64,000 bases of DNA from a virus, in the IMG/VR virus record IMGVR_UViG_3300048598_000516, positions 161 through 64,160 of that record, one strand, 5' to 3'. The translations under genes and the position numbers were made by a program. Below are positions 54,803 to 63,588 of this stretch, in pieces. Under the pieces are notes generated by a model. The model saw only the letters and a list, made by a program, of their open reading frames with translations, searched no databases and had not been told where the DNA came from. Each line of letters starts with the position of its first letter. Position 1 is the first letter of the stretch.

Positions 54803-55888
54803 ATGATCAACTTCACCATCCCCAGCCTTGCCAATTTGACAGAGGCCGTCCGCCAGTCCTTCAAGTCTGAACTTCCGTCGTCCGACCCTTGGCTCTTCCC
54901 GTCAAACGTCTATGTCGCAGCGAAGGTCATCGCTGGTCGTCTGTGGGAGAGCTACAAGCGGCTTGGGTGGGTGTTCAAGCAGGCGTTCGTCCTGACGGCG
55001 ACGGGAATCTACCTTGACCGGCATGCCCAGCAGTACGGCATCTATCGGAAGAGCGCAGACTTCTCCGGAGGCCAGATCCGCATCACCGGGGCAGACACGG
55101 GCTCGGTACTTCCCGCCGGGACAAAGCTCCAGCGCGCCGACGGCCTGCAGTACGTCACGACCTCAGACGCTGCCGCCTCGTCGGCAGGGCTGATCATGGC
55201 AAGCATCTCGGCCGCCGCCACCGGCCCCGACTACAACTGCGCAAGCGGCACAACGCTGACGCTGTTGGCGGTCATCGCCGGCGTCCCGGCAACGGCGCGA
55301 GCCGCCACGGCAATCGCCAACGGCAGCGTCGAGGAGTCTGACGAGGACTTGCGCGCCCGCGTACTTCTGCGGCTCCAGCGCCCTCCGCACGGCGGCTCCC
55401 GCTACGATTACGAGCAGTGGGCGCTATCCGTCCCCGGCGTGACGCGTGTCTGGGTCGAGGGGAACGCGTTCGGAGCCGGGACGGTAGGCGTGTGGTTCAT
55501 GATGGACGACACTTATCCGGACGGCATCCCGAAGCCCGAGGACGTCGAGTCCGTGCAGGCCCACCTCAGCGCTCAGGCGCCGGTGACAGCAATCGTGAAG
55601 GTGCTCGCCCCGGTCTCCGCTCCGACGATCATCCAGATCGCAGGTCTCACCCCGAACACGGTCGCGGTACGAAACGCTGTTCTCGCTGAGCTGAAAACGG
55701 CGATGCGAGAGAAGTCTCAGGCTTCGACTCCGAAAGAACCCTTCACGTTCAGGCGCTCTTGGGTGTGGCAGGCGGTGTCCAATGCCACCGGCGAGCAGTA
55801 TCACAACGTGACCACGCCGGCCGCCGACTTCGTTGTCCCCCCGGGTTACATCATGGCGTTCGACCCGGCCAAGGTGAGCTTCGTTTGA
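54803..55888 (+). CDS. baseplate J-like protein (Mu gp47-like)
   Basis: TATGIYLDRHA, GSVEESDEDLRARVL, PPHGGSRYDYEQWALSVPGVTRVWV. Confidence 0.93.
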   Translation: MINFTIPSLANLTEAVRQSFKSELPSSDPWLFPSNVYVAAKVIAGRLWESYKRLGWVFKQAFVLTATGIYLDRHAQQYGIYRKSADFSGGQIRITGADTGSVLPAGTKLQRADGLQYVTTSDAAASSAGLIMASISAAATGPDYNCASGTTLTLLAVIAGVPATARAATAIANGSVEESDEDLRARVLLRLQRPPHGGSRYDYEQWALSVPGVTRVWVEGNAFGAGTVGVWFMMDDTYPDGIPKPEDVESVQAHLSAQAPVTAIVKVLAPVSAPTIIQIAGLTPNTVAVRNAVLAELKTAMREKSQASTPKEPFTFRRSWVWQAVSNATGEQYHNVTTPAADFVVPPGYIMAFDPAKVSFV

Positions 55889-56781
55889 TGGCACAGCAGC
55901 TTTTCGACCCTGCGTGCGGCCTCACGCTCGACGACCACCACCGGATCGTCAAGTCAATGCTGCCGCGCGGGCGGGCTTGGCCGGATGACGACTCCTCGGT
56001 GCTCCAGAAATTCTGGCGGGCATTCTCAGGGACTGTGAAGGCGTTCGAGGATCGCATCTGCGACTTCGCAGGAGAACTGTTCTGCTCGTCGGCGAACGAG
56101 TCGTTGCCGACATGGATGGAGCAATACGGGCTTCCCGATGAATGCGACCCGAACGGCGACAACCTCTGTGCTCGCGTCGCGATGCAGGGCGGGTCGACGT
56201 GCGAATACTTCACCGACGTGGCTCACCTCATGGGGTATGAGGTCTCGTGCGAGAAGCCTCCGTCCACATCCGAGACGGTGACAATTGGCGGATCGAACCT
56301 CGGATACATCTACGTCGGGTCGTGCCCGACCACGCCCCCGGTCGGATCCGAACTCGGGCAGCTCCCGCTCGGCCCAGACTGCTGCAACATCGCAGGATAT
56401 GGGGAGAGCGTCGCTCCGCCGGTCGTGGGCCACCTCCCGTCGGCTTGCTCTGATGGGAGCGTAGACCTACCTGCGACTCAACCGTTCCCGGGCATCGGCC
56501 CGGCGATCTGTGGGTGGTACTCGGAAGAACCGTACACCTACGATGCCGACGCCTATCGGTGGGGGCTTGTAGTCAGTACCGGATCGGCAGGGTCTTGCCA
56601 GTATTCGTGTTCCGACTTGATCTATGTCGGAGACACGGACGGTGCAATGACTGGCCTTCCACTGGGTGTATCGGTTCATCCGATCGACAGTCCTCTCTGC
56701 AGCGTCGACTTCAATCAGGTCTTCTGCTGGATAGAACGGTTCAAGCCTGCTCATACCGAGGTGACGTTCTCGGTCGCATGA
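55888..56781 (+). CDS. baseplate protein (Mu gp48 / DUF2313-like) with Cys-rich internal insertion
   Basis: MLPRGRAW, LPTWMEQYGLPDEC, C-terminal CWIERFKPAHTEVTF. Confidence 0.85.
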   Translation: MAQQLFDPACGLTLDDHHRIVKSMLPRGRAWPDDDSSVLQKFWRAFSGTVKAFEDRICDFAGELFCSSANESLPTWMEQYGLPDECDPNGDNLCARVAMQGGSTCEYFTDVAHLMGYEVSCEKPPSTSETVTIGGSNLGYIYVGSCPTTPPVGSELGQLPLGPDCCNIAGYGESVAPPVVGHLPSACSDGSVDLPATQPFPGIGPAICGWYSEEPYTYDADAYRWGLVVSTGSAGSCQYSCSDLIYVGDTDGAMTGLPLGVSVHPIDSPLCSVDFNQVFCWIERFKPAHTEVTFSVA

Positions 56782-56792
56782 AGTGAGGGTCT

Positions 56793-57197
56793 ATGACCAG
56801 TATTCTCGGCCCGCAGGGAGCGAACTTCTCGCTGACGCGCCCGACGACCAAGGGGAATTCCTCGAACGGGCTCCAGACGTGGTTCAAGGACTGCTCCGCC
56901 GCCGGTGCCGGCGACGGGACGATCCTCGACGCCTCGTTTCTGAACGCGCTCGTCGGCCAGTTCGTCCACATGGGCAGCCAGCTCGGCGTGACGCCTGCCG
57001 GCGAGGGTGACGACACGTTCACCTATCGGTGCCTGACCAAGGCCATCGCGACGCTTTCGCCCGTTCCGAAGTTCACTGCGTCGGCCACGGCGCCGGCGGC
57101 CCCCGCCGTCCTCGATCTCTGGTACGACACCACCAAGGGTGTCGTGAGCCAGTACATCACGGATGGCGTGTCCTTCTCGTGGATCCAGATCGCATGA
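56793..57197 (+). CDS. proximal tail fibre / fibre anchor
   Basis: AGAGDGTILDASFLNAL pattern; follows the gp48-like gene. Confidence 0.65.
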   Translation: MTSILGPQGANFSLTRPTTKGNSSNGLQTWFKDCSAAGAGDGTILDASFLNALVGQFVHMGSQLGVTPAGEGDDTFTYRCLTKAIATLSPVPKFTASATAPAAPAVLDLWYDTTKGVVSQYITDGVSFSWIQIA

Positions 57198-57916
57198 CGA
57201 CGCGCTACGCCTCAATCACCATCCCCAACGCGCCGGCCATCGGCGACGTGTGGACTCCCGGCGGCGGGAGCGTCTCCTATCGATGGGATGGTACGAAGTG
57301 GGTCAAGCAGCCCATCACCCTTCCGACGAACTCCTCCGGCGTTCTCAGGAACGACGGCAACGGGAATCTGGTCTGGGATCAGGCCGTCGTCGGACTCCCG
57401 ACGAACGCGGCTGGCGTGCTCAAGAACGACGGCAACGGCGTTCTGAGCTGGGTGGCGCAGGCCGCCGGGTCTTCGCTCCCGGCGAACGCCGCCGGCGTGC
57501 TCAAGAACGATGGAGCCGGCGTTCTGAGCTGGGCGGCGCTGCCCGGCGCCGGAGCATACACGCTCCTCGCATCGAAGAACATGGCCGGCGTCATCTCCTA
57601 CACCGTCACCGGCCTTGATCTGACCGGGTACAAGTTCCTGTACCTAGCGACCAAGTGCAATACCGGCGCCAATCAGGTCGTCAACAAGTGGAACGGCATC
57701 GCTTGCGGCCTGAACAATGGGACGAGCGGTGTCGACTGGTCGACGATTCTGTGGAACGACCTTTCGATCGGAACAACGCTGGTGTTCAACACATACGCAG
57801 GCGCGTTCTCCAGCCTGAGCGTAGCCGGGTACACGAATTCCGCGACGTCCGTCACGTTCGAGGGCGGCGGTCAGGGTCAGGGATCCGGCACTCTCTATCT
57901 GTACGGAGTCAAGTGA
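57194..57916 (+). CDS. tail fibre protein with three internal repeats
   Basis: LP(T/A)N(S/A)(S/A)GVL(R/K)NDG(N/A)G(N/V)L(V/S)W three times. Confidence 0.75.
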   Translation: MTTRYASITIPNAPAIGDVWTPGGGSVSYRWDGTKWVKQPITLPTNSSGVLRNDGNGNLVWDQAVVGLPTNAAGVLKNDGNGVLSWVAQAAGSSLPANAAGVLKNDGAGVLSWAALPGAGAYTLLASKNMAGVISYTVTGLDLTGYKFLYLATKCNTGANQVVNKWNGIACGLNNGTSGVDWSTILWNDLSIGTTLVFNTYAGAFSSLSVAGYTNSATSVTFEGGGQGQGSGTLYLYGVK

Positions 57917-58374
57917 TGACCTCGCCCTACAACGAATACCTCGGCAGTGGGCTTTCCGAGGTCGTCAACTCGCCCGACATCACTGGCGACGTCACGGCCA
58001 TCCGCTCGTCGAAGATCGCGATGCTGCGCACCGCCGCCTCGGCTCAGATCGTCGCCGGGTTCACGTCTTCCGCGCTGGGCCGTGAACACGTCTACCCGTC
58101 TGCGCCCGTCGATCAGGCGAACCTCTCGGCATCCGTCGTCGCGTCCATGCTCCCCGGCGTTGATGGATCGTGGTCGACTCCGTTCTGGGTCCTCGACCCG
58201 GCGAGCGGAATCTGGTCGTTCGCGGATCACAGCGCCGAGCAGATTCAGAAGGCCGGGGCCGACGGCAAAGCTGCCGTCGTCAGCGCACAGACGAAACTGG
58301 CCCGGCTCACGGATGAGGCTGAGAAGGCAAGCACCGTCGGCGAAATCGAGCAGATCAGCTGGCTCGACGCGTAG
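57916..58374 (+). CDS. fibre assembly chaperone (DUF4376-like)
   Basis: IVAGFTSSALG...YPSAPVDQANL...HSAEQIQKAG. Confidence 0.75.
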   Translation: MTSPYNEYLGSGLSEVVNSPDITGDVTAIRSSKIAMLRTAASAQIVAGFTSSALGREHVYPSAPVDQANLSASVVASMLPGVDGSWSTPFWVLDPASGIWSFADHSAEQIQKAGADGKAAVVSAQTKLARLTDEAEKASTVGEIEQISWLDA

Positions 58375-58463
58375 TCCCCTGCCGAATCGGCAGGGCGGAC
58401 ATGGCGTTACGGCAGCCAAGCGATCTGCATCCCAAACAACCAACGATCCGCAAGAGGCCTGAC

Positions 58464-59561
58464 ATGATCCGCGCCCTCGCTGCTGTCCGCCGGCTCTGCC
58501 CGAGCGCCAAGCAGAACTACATCACCGCGTTCGACACGGGTGACGACGACCTCGTGAAGGCCGGCATCACGACCCCGCTGAGGCTGGCTCACTTCCTCGC
58601 GCAGGCATTCCACGAGACGGATGGTCTGACGATCCTTGTCGAGAGCATGAGCTACTCGGCAGATCGGATGACGAAGGTCTGGCCGAAGCGGTTCCCGAAC
58701 ACCGCCGTGGCGGCGCCCTATGCCCACAACCCGCGCGCTCTGGCCGAGCACACCTACGGCGGCCGAATGGGCAATGGCCCGGAAGGCAGCGGCGACGGGT
58801 GGGCCTATATTGGCCGAGGCATCATCCAATGCACCGGCAAGGACAGCTACGAGGCCTATGGCCGCCTGCTCGGAATCGACCTCGTCGGAACTCCCGATCT
58901 CGCGGTCGACCCGCGTTACACACTCAAGATCGCTTTGGCAGAGTGGGTCGAGAAGGACTGCAACGAGAAGGCCGACCGCAACGCGATCAAGGAGATCTCG
59001 GTCGCGATCAACGGAGGTCTCGTCGGATACCCCGATCGCGTCGCGTGGTTCGACAAGATCTGGCCGGTCGTCCAGTCCCTGCATGGAGACGAGCCCGCGC
59101 CGTCGTGGACCGTCGCCAACCCCGATCCGGACGTCGAGGGCCTGCAGAAGATGCTGGCCGCCGCCGGCTATGCCGTCGAGGTGGACGGCCGAAAGGGTCC
59201 GCAGACCGTCGCCGCGATCAAGCGCTTCCAGAAGGACCACAGCCTCGAAGTCGACGGAGTAGCGGGGCCGCGAACGCGCGCCGCGCTCGCCGACGCCGTG
59301 GCGCCGGCCGACACCAAGGCGCCCAGAACCGCCGCACCGGCCCAGCCCGTCGACACCACTGCCCCCGGCGTCGGCCTCGCGGCGCTGGGCGAGACGGGCC
59401 AGCAGATCATCGACAAGTCGTCGATGCTGGCGCAGTTCTCGGACATCCCCGGCGTCAAGCCGCTGCTCGTCACCGTGACGGTGGTCGGGTTCTGCCTCGT
59501 CATCTGGGGCCTGATCGGGCCGCAGATCGAGGCCGTGAGGCGCCGGGGCGCTCCGGCATGA
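58464..59561 (+). CDS. GH19 endolysin with peptidoglycan-binding domain and C-terminal hydrophobic helix
   Basis: LAHFLAQAFHET, GDGWAYIGRGIIQCTGKDSY, INGG; VDGRKGPQTVAAIKRFQ...VDGVAGPRT. Confidence 0.92.
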   Translation: MIRALAAVRRLCPSAKQNYITAFDTGDDDLVKAGITTPLRLAHFLAQAFHETDGLTILVESMSYSADRMTKVWPKRFPNTAVAAPYAHNPRALAEHTYGGRMGNGPEGSGDGWAYIGRGIIQCTGKDSYEAYGRLLGIDLVGTPDLAVDPRYTLKIALAEWVEKDCNEKADRNAIKEISVAINGGLVGYPDRVAWFDKIWPVVQSLHGDEPAPSWTVANPDPDVEGLQKMLAAAGYAVEVDGRKGPQTVAAIKRFQKDHSLEVDGVAGPRTRAALADAVAPADTKAPRTAAPAQPVDTTAPGVGLAALGETGQQIIDKSSMLAQFSDIPGVKPLLVTVTVVGFCLVIWGLIGPQIEAVRRRGAPA

Positions 59562-59806
59562 TCGGGTGGATCATCACCCTGCTCGCCGGCCTCAAGGAGA
59601 GGCTGGCGATCGGCGCGGGCGTCGCGGTCGCGATCCTTCTCATCGCTGCCCGCATCTTCTGGGCCGGCAAGCAATCGGAGCGGGCGGCGCAGGCTGCCCG
59701 TAGCGCAGCAGCAGTAAGGGAGGCGAAGCATGTCGCCGATGAAGTCAACGCTCTCGATCGTGCTGATGTCGATCGCCGTCTCGCTCGGTGGATGCGCGGG
59801 CGGTAA
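59558..59806 (+). CDS. inner-membrane spanin (Rz-like)
   Basis: N-terminal TM helix followed by a helical periplasmic segment; overlaps the lipoprotein gene. Confidence 0.7.
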   Translation: MIGWIITLLAGLKERLAIGAGVAVAILLIAARIFWAGKQSERAAQAARSAAAVREAKHVADEVNALDRADVDRRLARWMRGR

Positions 59807-59927
59807 TTTCTGCGACATCGCAGCGCCCATCCGCCCGAGCGCGGCAGACCGCCTGTCGGACTCCACCGCGCGCCAGATCCTCGCCCACGACGAGGTCGGA
59901 GCCAGCCAGTGCGGCTGGAGGCCGTGA
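59739..59927 (+). CDS. outer-membrane spanin (Rz1-like lipoprotein)
   Basis: Lipobox LGGC; overlaps the 3' end of the Rz-like gene. Confidence 0.75.
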   Translation: MKSTLSIVLMSIAVSLGGCAGGNFCDIAAPIRPSAADRLSDSTARQILAHDEVGASQCGWRP

Positions 59928-59934
59928 GCCAGAG

Positions 59935-60294
59935 ATGAACGTCACGCTCGAAATGTTGGTGGCCGTGGTCGGTCTCCTCGGCCTGATCGCCACCGTCGTC
60001 TCGATCTTCGTCGGTCGGTTTTCCAAGGTCGACGAACGGCAGGCGGCGATCGAGAAGGACCTTGCCGAACACAAGGTGAGGTCGGCGTCGACCTATGTCA
60101 CGATGGAGGCGCTCGCTCGATTCGACGAGCGATTCATGCGATCCGAAGGGACATTCGAGGAGCGCCTTGCCAGAACAGAGGAGCGCGTTCTTTCCGAGAC
60201 GCGGGCGCTTCGGTCTGACCTTTCATCCATGCTGGCGGCGTCACCTCGCGCCAATCCGAGGCGGCGAAGCAGCGCGACGGATGAGTCCGACTAG
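59935..60294 (+). CDS. single-TM coiled-coil protein (holin/antiholin candidate)
   Basis: MNVTLEMLVAVVGLLGLIATVVSIFVG plus a coiled coil; last gene of the lysis cluster. Confidence 0.55.
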   Translation: MNVTLEMLVAVVGLLGLIATVVSIFVGRFSKVDERQAAIEKDLAEHKVRSASTYVTMEALARFDERFMRSEGTFEERLARTEERVLSETRALRSDLSSMLAASPRANPRRRSSATDESD

Positions 60295-60354
60295 AGACAT
60301 CGATCGATAGCGGACACCACCTCCCTGCGCGAATCCGCAGCAGGTCGAGGGGAT

Positions 60355-60394
60355 GAAAGGCCCCGGCGCGCTGCCTCCTGCGCCGGGGCCTTTC
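60355..60394. terminator. bidirectional terminator
   Basis: GAAAGGCCCCGGCGC-N10-GCGCCGGGGCCTTTC between convergent operons. Confidence 0.8.
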
Positions 60395-60395
60395 T

Positions 60396-60617
60396 TCATT
60401 CTGCGGTGACGTGGAAGTCGCCGGCACCCGGCATGCTCTTGATCGCATCTCCGGAATCGATGAGCGGTGCGAGCAGGTCGTGCCTGACGCCGCCGCGAGT
60501 ATCGCGGAAGGCGCTGGGGAGATCGCCGACGGCGACGGTCATCCACCGACGTCCATTGTGCCGGAAGGAGCCGTAGCCAACCTCCCGGGCGGCCTTGAGG
60601 AGCGCAGAAGCATCCAT
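60396..60617 (-). CDS. hypothetical protein
   Basis: MDASALLKAAREVG... coupled to the upstream gene. Confidence 0.55.
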   Translation of the reverse strand: MDASALLKAAREVGYGSFRHNGRRWMTVAVGDLPSAFRDTRGGVRHDLLAPLIDSGDAIKSMPGAGDFHVTAE

Positions 60618-61033
60618 CACTGGGCACCCCCGAGCAGCTCGGCCTGCACCCACTTCGCGAGAATGGTGCTCTCGCCGGCGACGGCTGCCTTGTAGACGTC
60701 GTAGGGCATGTAGCGGATCGGCCGTCCGAGCGCTTCGAACACATCTCGTTCGTGAGCCATGCCGCGCGAGACGCCGCTGTTCTGCATCTGCACGAAAATC
60801 AGCTCGTCGCACCGCTCCAGAAGAGGCGCGTCCATCTTCACCCAGAAGTCGTGATCGAACCGCAGCTCCGGCGGCAGGAACGCGGCGACCGGATGGCTGT
60901 GGGCGATCGGGCAGAACGCGACGATGTTCTGGCTGGCGAGGCTTGCCGTAATGGCAGCAGCTTCCTCGAACGCCATCTCGGCCCCGCCGACGTGCTTGGT
61001 GTAGACGGTTGCGAGGTAGTAGAGCTTGCTCAC
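60617..61033 (-). CDS. DUF1937 / nucleoside 2-deoxyribosyltransferase-like protein
   Basis: YYLATVYT...FCPIAHSH...W...D..LLERCDEL...SRGMAHE. Confidence 0.75.
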   Translation of the reverse strand: MSKLYYLATVYTKHVGGAEMAFEEAAAITASLASQNIVAFCPIAHSHPVAAFLPPELRFDHDFWVKMDAPLLERCDELIFVQMQNSGVSRGMAHERDVFEALGRPIRYMPYDVYKAAVAGESTILAKWVQAELLGGAQ

Positions 61034-61830
61034 TGGACATCTCCGAAGGTGGTGTTGCGGGTGGTATCGCCGGTGGAGTCGACGCGATCGAAGATCCACA
61101 GCTCGGAATTGAACGTGACGCGGATCTGCTCGAACGGATGATCCGAGTAGCCGAGGTACTGTCCGTCGGATTGACGGTAGTAGTGCGTGCGCCCATCGAT
61201 CTTGAATTCGAGTCTGGTCCTGTCAGCGTTCGACCAGTCGAGATCGAAACATCTGCCGCAGCGCAGTTCATACCGCCCGGGCGAGATGCCAGACCCACCA
61301 TTGCGCGCGCGGCAGACTGCATGAGAGACACGCTCAAGGTGCGTCTGCAGATCTTCGACGGGCGGAACGGATTCTGCGGCGTCGATGAGCTGCGGGTGCT
61401 TCCTGCTGGGGACTGGGAACGACGCCAGCGCGGGATCGCCGCTGGCCTTCCGGGCGGCGGCATCGATCCGCCATTCATGCACCCACGCCAGCACGTCGGA
61501 CTCCATCCCCGGAGTCCTGTCGTCGATCGCCGTTCCATGGATCATGCCGTCGAGCAGGACGAGCGTGCATGCGGCGATGTGGGCGAGGTGCGGCACACCG
61601 CTGTCGGCGGCGCAGTCCTCACCTCCCTCGAACGCTGCGAGGTGCCGCGCGATGGCATTGACATAGACCGAGATGTTGAACGGCGATTCGCGCCAGTTCA
61701 TCGGTCCATACTTTGCCGCACCGTCCTCATGGGCGAGTCCGACGTATGCCAGCGCCGCCTTCGGAATGGTCGCGAACGGGGCCTTGAGGCGGCCGACGTT
61801 CGACTTCGGATTGGTATCGACTTGCGTCAT
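61030..61830 (-). CDS. dATP/dGTP diphosphohydrolase-domain (DUF5664-like) protein with C-terminal extension
   Basis: GAAKYGPMNWR...YVNAIARHL...GEDCAADSGVPHLAHIAA. Confidence 0.8.
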   Translation of the reverse strand: MTQVDTNPKSNVGRLKAPFATIPKAALAYVGLAHEDGAAKYGPMNWRESPFNISVYVNAIARHLAAFEGGEDCAADSGVPHLAHIAACTLVLLDGMIHGTAIDDRTPGMESDVLAWVHEWRIDAAARKASGDPALASFPVPSRKHPQLIDAAESVPPVEDLQTHLERVSHAVCRARNGGSGISPGRYELRCGRCFDLDWSNADRTRLEFKIDGRTHYYRQSDGQYLGYSDHPFEQIRVTFNSELWIFDRVDSTGDTTRNTTFGDVQ

Positions 61831-61863
61831 TGGATACTCCAGATTTGCTGAAATGGCAACGCG

Positions 61864-63498
61864 TCAGGCACGCCAGCGCGGGCCGGAGAAGAACACGAGC
61901 GTCCGCTTCGCCGACGGGTAGATGATGCCTCCAGCGTTTGCCCACCCGGTGAAGCCGACGTTGTATCCCTGATCGAGGGTTCCATAGAGGCCGACGAAGT
62001 AGGCGCCGTCTCTGATCGCCGGCGAGTGGACGTGACCGGCGACGACCTTCGGGGCGACCTTGGCGAGTCCGACGACCGACCCGCGCGCGCCATTGGCGCC
62101 TCGATCGCCATGCTGCCCCACCTCGATGTCGAGAACCTGATAGGACCCTCGCTCGGGGACGAAGTGGATGCCCTTGAGGTCGTGGCCGGTGCCGGTGAGC
62201 GCCAGAGCGACCATGTTCACGCTGGATCTGTTGTTGATGTGCTCGAACCAGATGGAGTTGAGCTTGCACCAGTATCCGGCATTGACATGGTCCTTCCCCG
62301 GGACGGACATGTCGCGCAGCCAGCGCGTCAGAGCCGTATCGTGATTGCTCTCAACAACAACGGAGACGCACCACGGCCTCCTCGTCGCGGACAGGAACTG
62401 CGCTGCTCCGACGATCTCGTCGTTCACCGTCTCGGAGCCGGCAGCGCGCATCTCGGCGAGGAAGTGAGACCCTTCACGCCGGTGATGGTTGCGCGTGGTG
62501 AAGTCGATCGTGTCGTGGAAGATCTGGAATCGCGGCTGCAGCGTGTCGACCATTCCTCCATCGCCCCACACCGCCGTGAACACGTTGGGATCCACGTTGG
62601 GATAGTGGATGTCGCCGTGAACGATCGCCTCGACCGTGTGACCAGTCGAGACCACGCCATTCGAGACGAACACGTCGAGGTCTTGGAAAGACCCGTCTTC
62701 GTTCGCGACAAGCTGTCGGATGAAGACCTCTCCGTCGTCATCCATCTCGACAATGAGCGCGCCGATGGTGTGATGGAACTCCGCCTTCTTTCCGGCCGTC
62801 TTCGAGATGTAATTCGGGACAGTCACGACGCCGGTGGTGGCCACGACCTTCGGTGCCTTGTTCGGCAGGCGCGGAACCGACTCCAGCTGGATTCGCGCAT
62901 GCGGCAGCAGCACGGAGGCGTCCCCGCCGAAGACGCCGAACCCGGTTGTCGGGGTGACGGCTGTCGGCAGGATGTTCGCCGATCCGAGCCACAGCACCTT
63001 GCCACCGGCGATGTACTCGTCGAACGGGTGCATGTACTGCACGACGCGCTGGACATAGGCCCCGGATCTCACCGAGTGGTCCTCGAAGAGCCCCTTCTGG
63101 TAGGTGAAGCCACCGATCCATAGGTGCGCATCACGGTGCGCCGCGTAGGCTTCGAGGTTCTGCAGGAACGATTCGTCGACCGACGTCTCGTCCTGAGCGG
63201 CCGTGAGGATCCATACCTTGCCGGATCCGACGAAGACGCGGTGACCGAACGGTTCGTGGGTCGGCTCTTCGGCGCCCGTCGCCACCGGGCGGGAGTCGGT
63301 CTCGCCGGCCGACTTTCCCCAAAGGCCGGCGTGGCGTAGCCGGTTCTGCACGGTCGATCGGCCGATGCCGAGCAGGCGCGCGGTCGCGGCCGTATTTCTG
63401 CCGCACGCGATGAACGCGTCAGCGGTGGAGTCGATGACATCCTGTTCGAGCGGCTTCTGAGCCATTACGTCCTCCTGAACGATCAGTGCCGGCGACAT
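61864..63498 (-). CDS. HTH plus calcineurin-like metallophosphoesterase
   Basis: N-terminal TAATARLLGIGRSTVQNRL HTH; HGDIH, FHDTID, ESNHD, GQHGD, GHVHSP metal-binding motifs. Confidence 0.75.
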   Translation of the reverse strand: MSPALIVQEDVMAQKPLEQDVIDSTADAFIACGRNTAATARLLGIGRSTVQNRLRHAGLWGKSAGETDSRPVATGAEEPTHEPFGHRVFVGSGKVWILTAAQDETSVDESFLQNLEAYAAHRDAHLWIGGFTYQKGLFEDHSVRSGAYVQRVVQYMHPFDEYIAGGKVLWLGSANILPTAVTPTTGFGVFGGDASVLLPHARIQLESVPRLPNKAPKVVATTGVVTVPNYISKTAGKKAEFHHTIGALIVEMDDDGEVFIRQLVANEDGSFQDLDVFVSNGVVSTGHTVEAIVHGDIHYPNVDPNVFTAVWGDGGMVDTLQPRFQIFHDTIDFTTRNHHRREGSHFLAEMRAAGSETVNDEIVGAAQFLSATRRPWCVSVVVESNHDTALTRWLRDMSVPGKDHVNAGYWCKLNSIWFEHINNRSSVNMVALALTGTGHDLKGIHFVPERGSYQVLDIEVGQHGDRGANGARGSVVGLAKVAPKVVAGHVHSPAIRDGAYFVGLYGTLDQGYNVGFTGWANAGGIIYPSAKRTLVFFSGPRWRA

Positions 63499-63588
63499 TG
63501 CACCAACCGCGCATCTTCGTCAAGTATGAATTGACATACTGGCAATATTGATACATCGTCAGTTCAGCGACGCAATGAGGATGCAGGC

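Noticed and set aside
61030-61830. 2-aminoadenine (Z-genome) pathway
   Set aside because: No PurZ or dedicated polymerase in the window.
1776-63544. Sigma54 -24/-12 promoters as the explanation of the TGGCA motif
   Set aside because: The copies form a symmetric TGCC-N5-GGCA dyad and lack TTGC at the required spacing.
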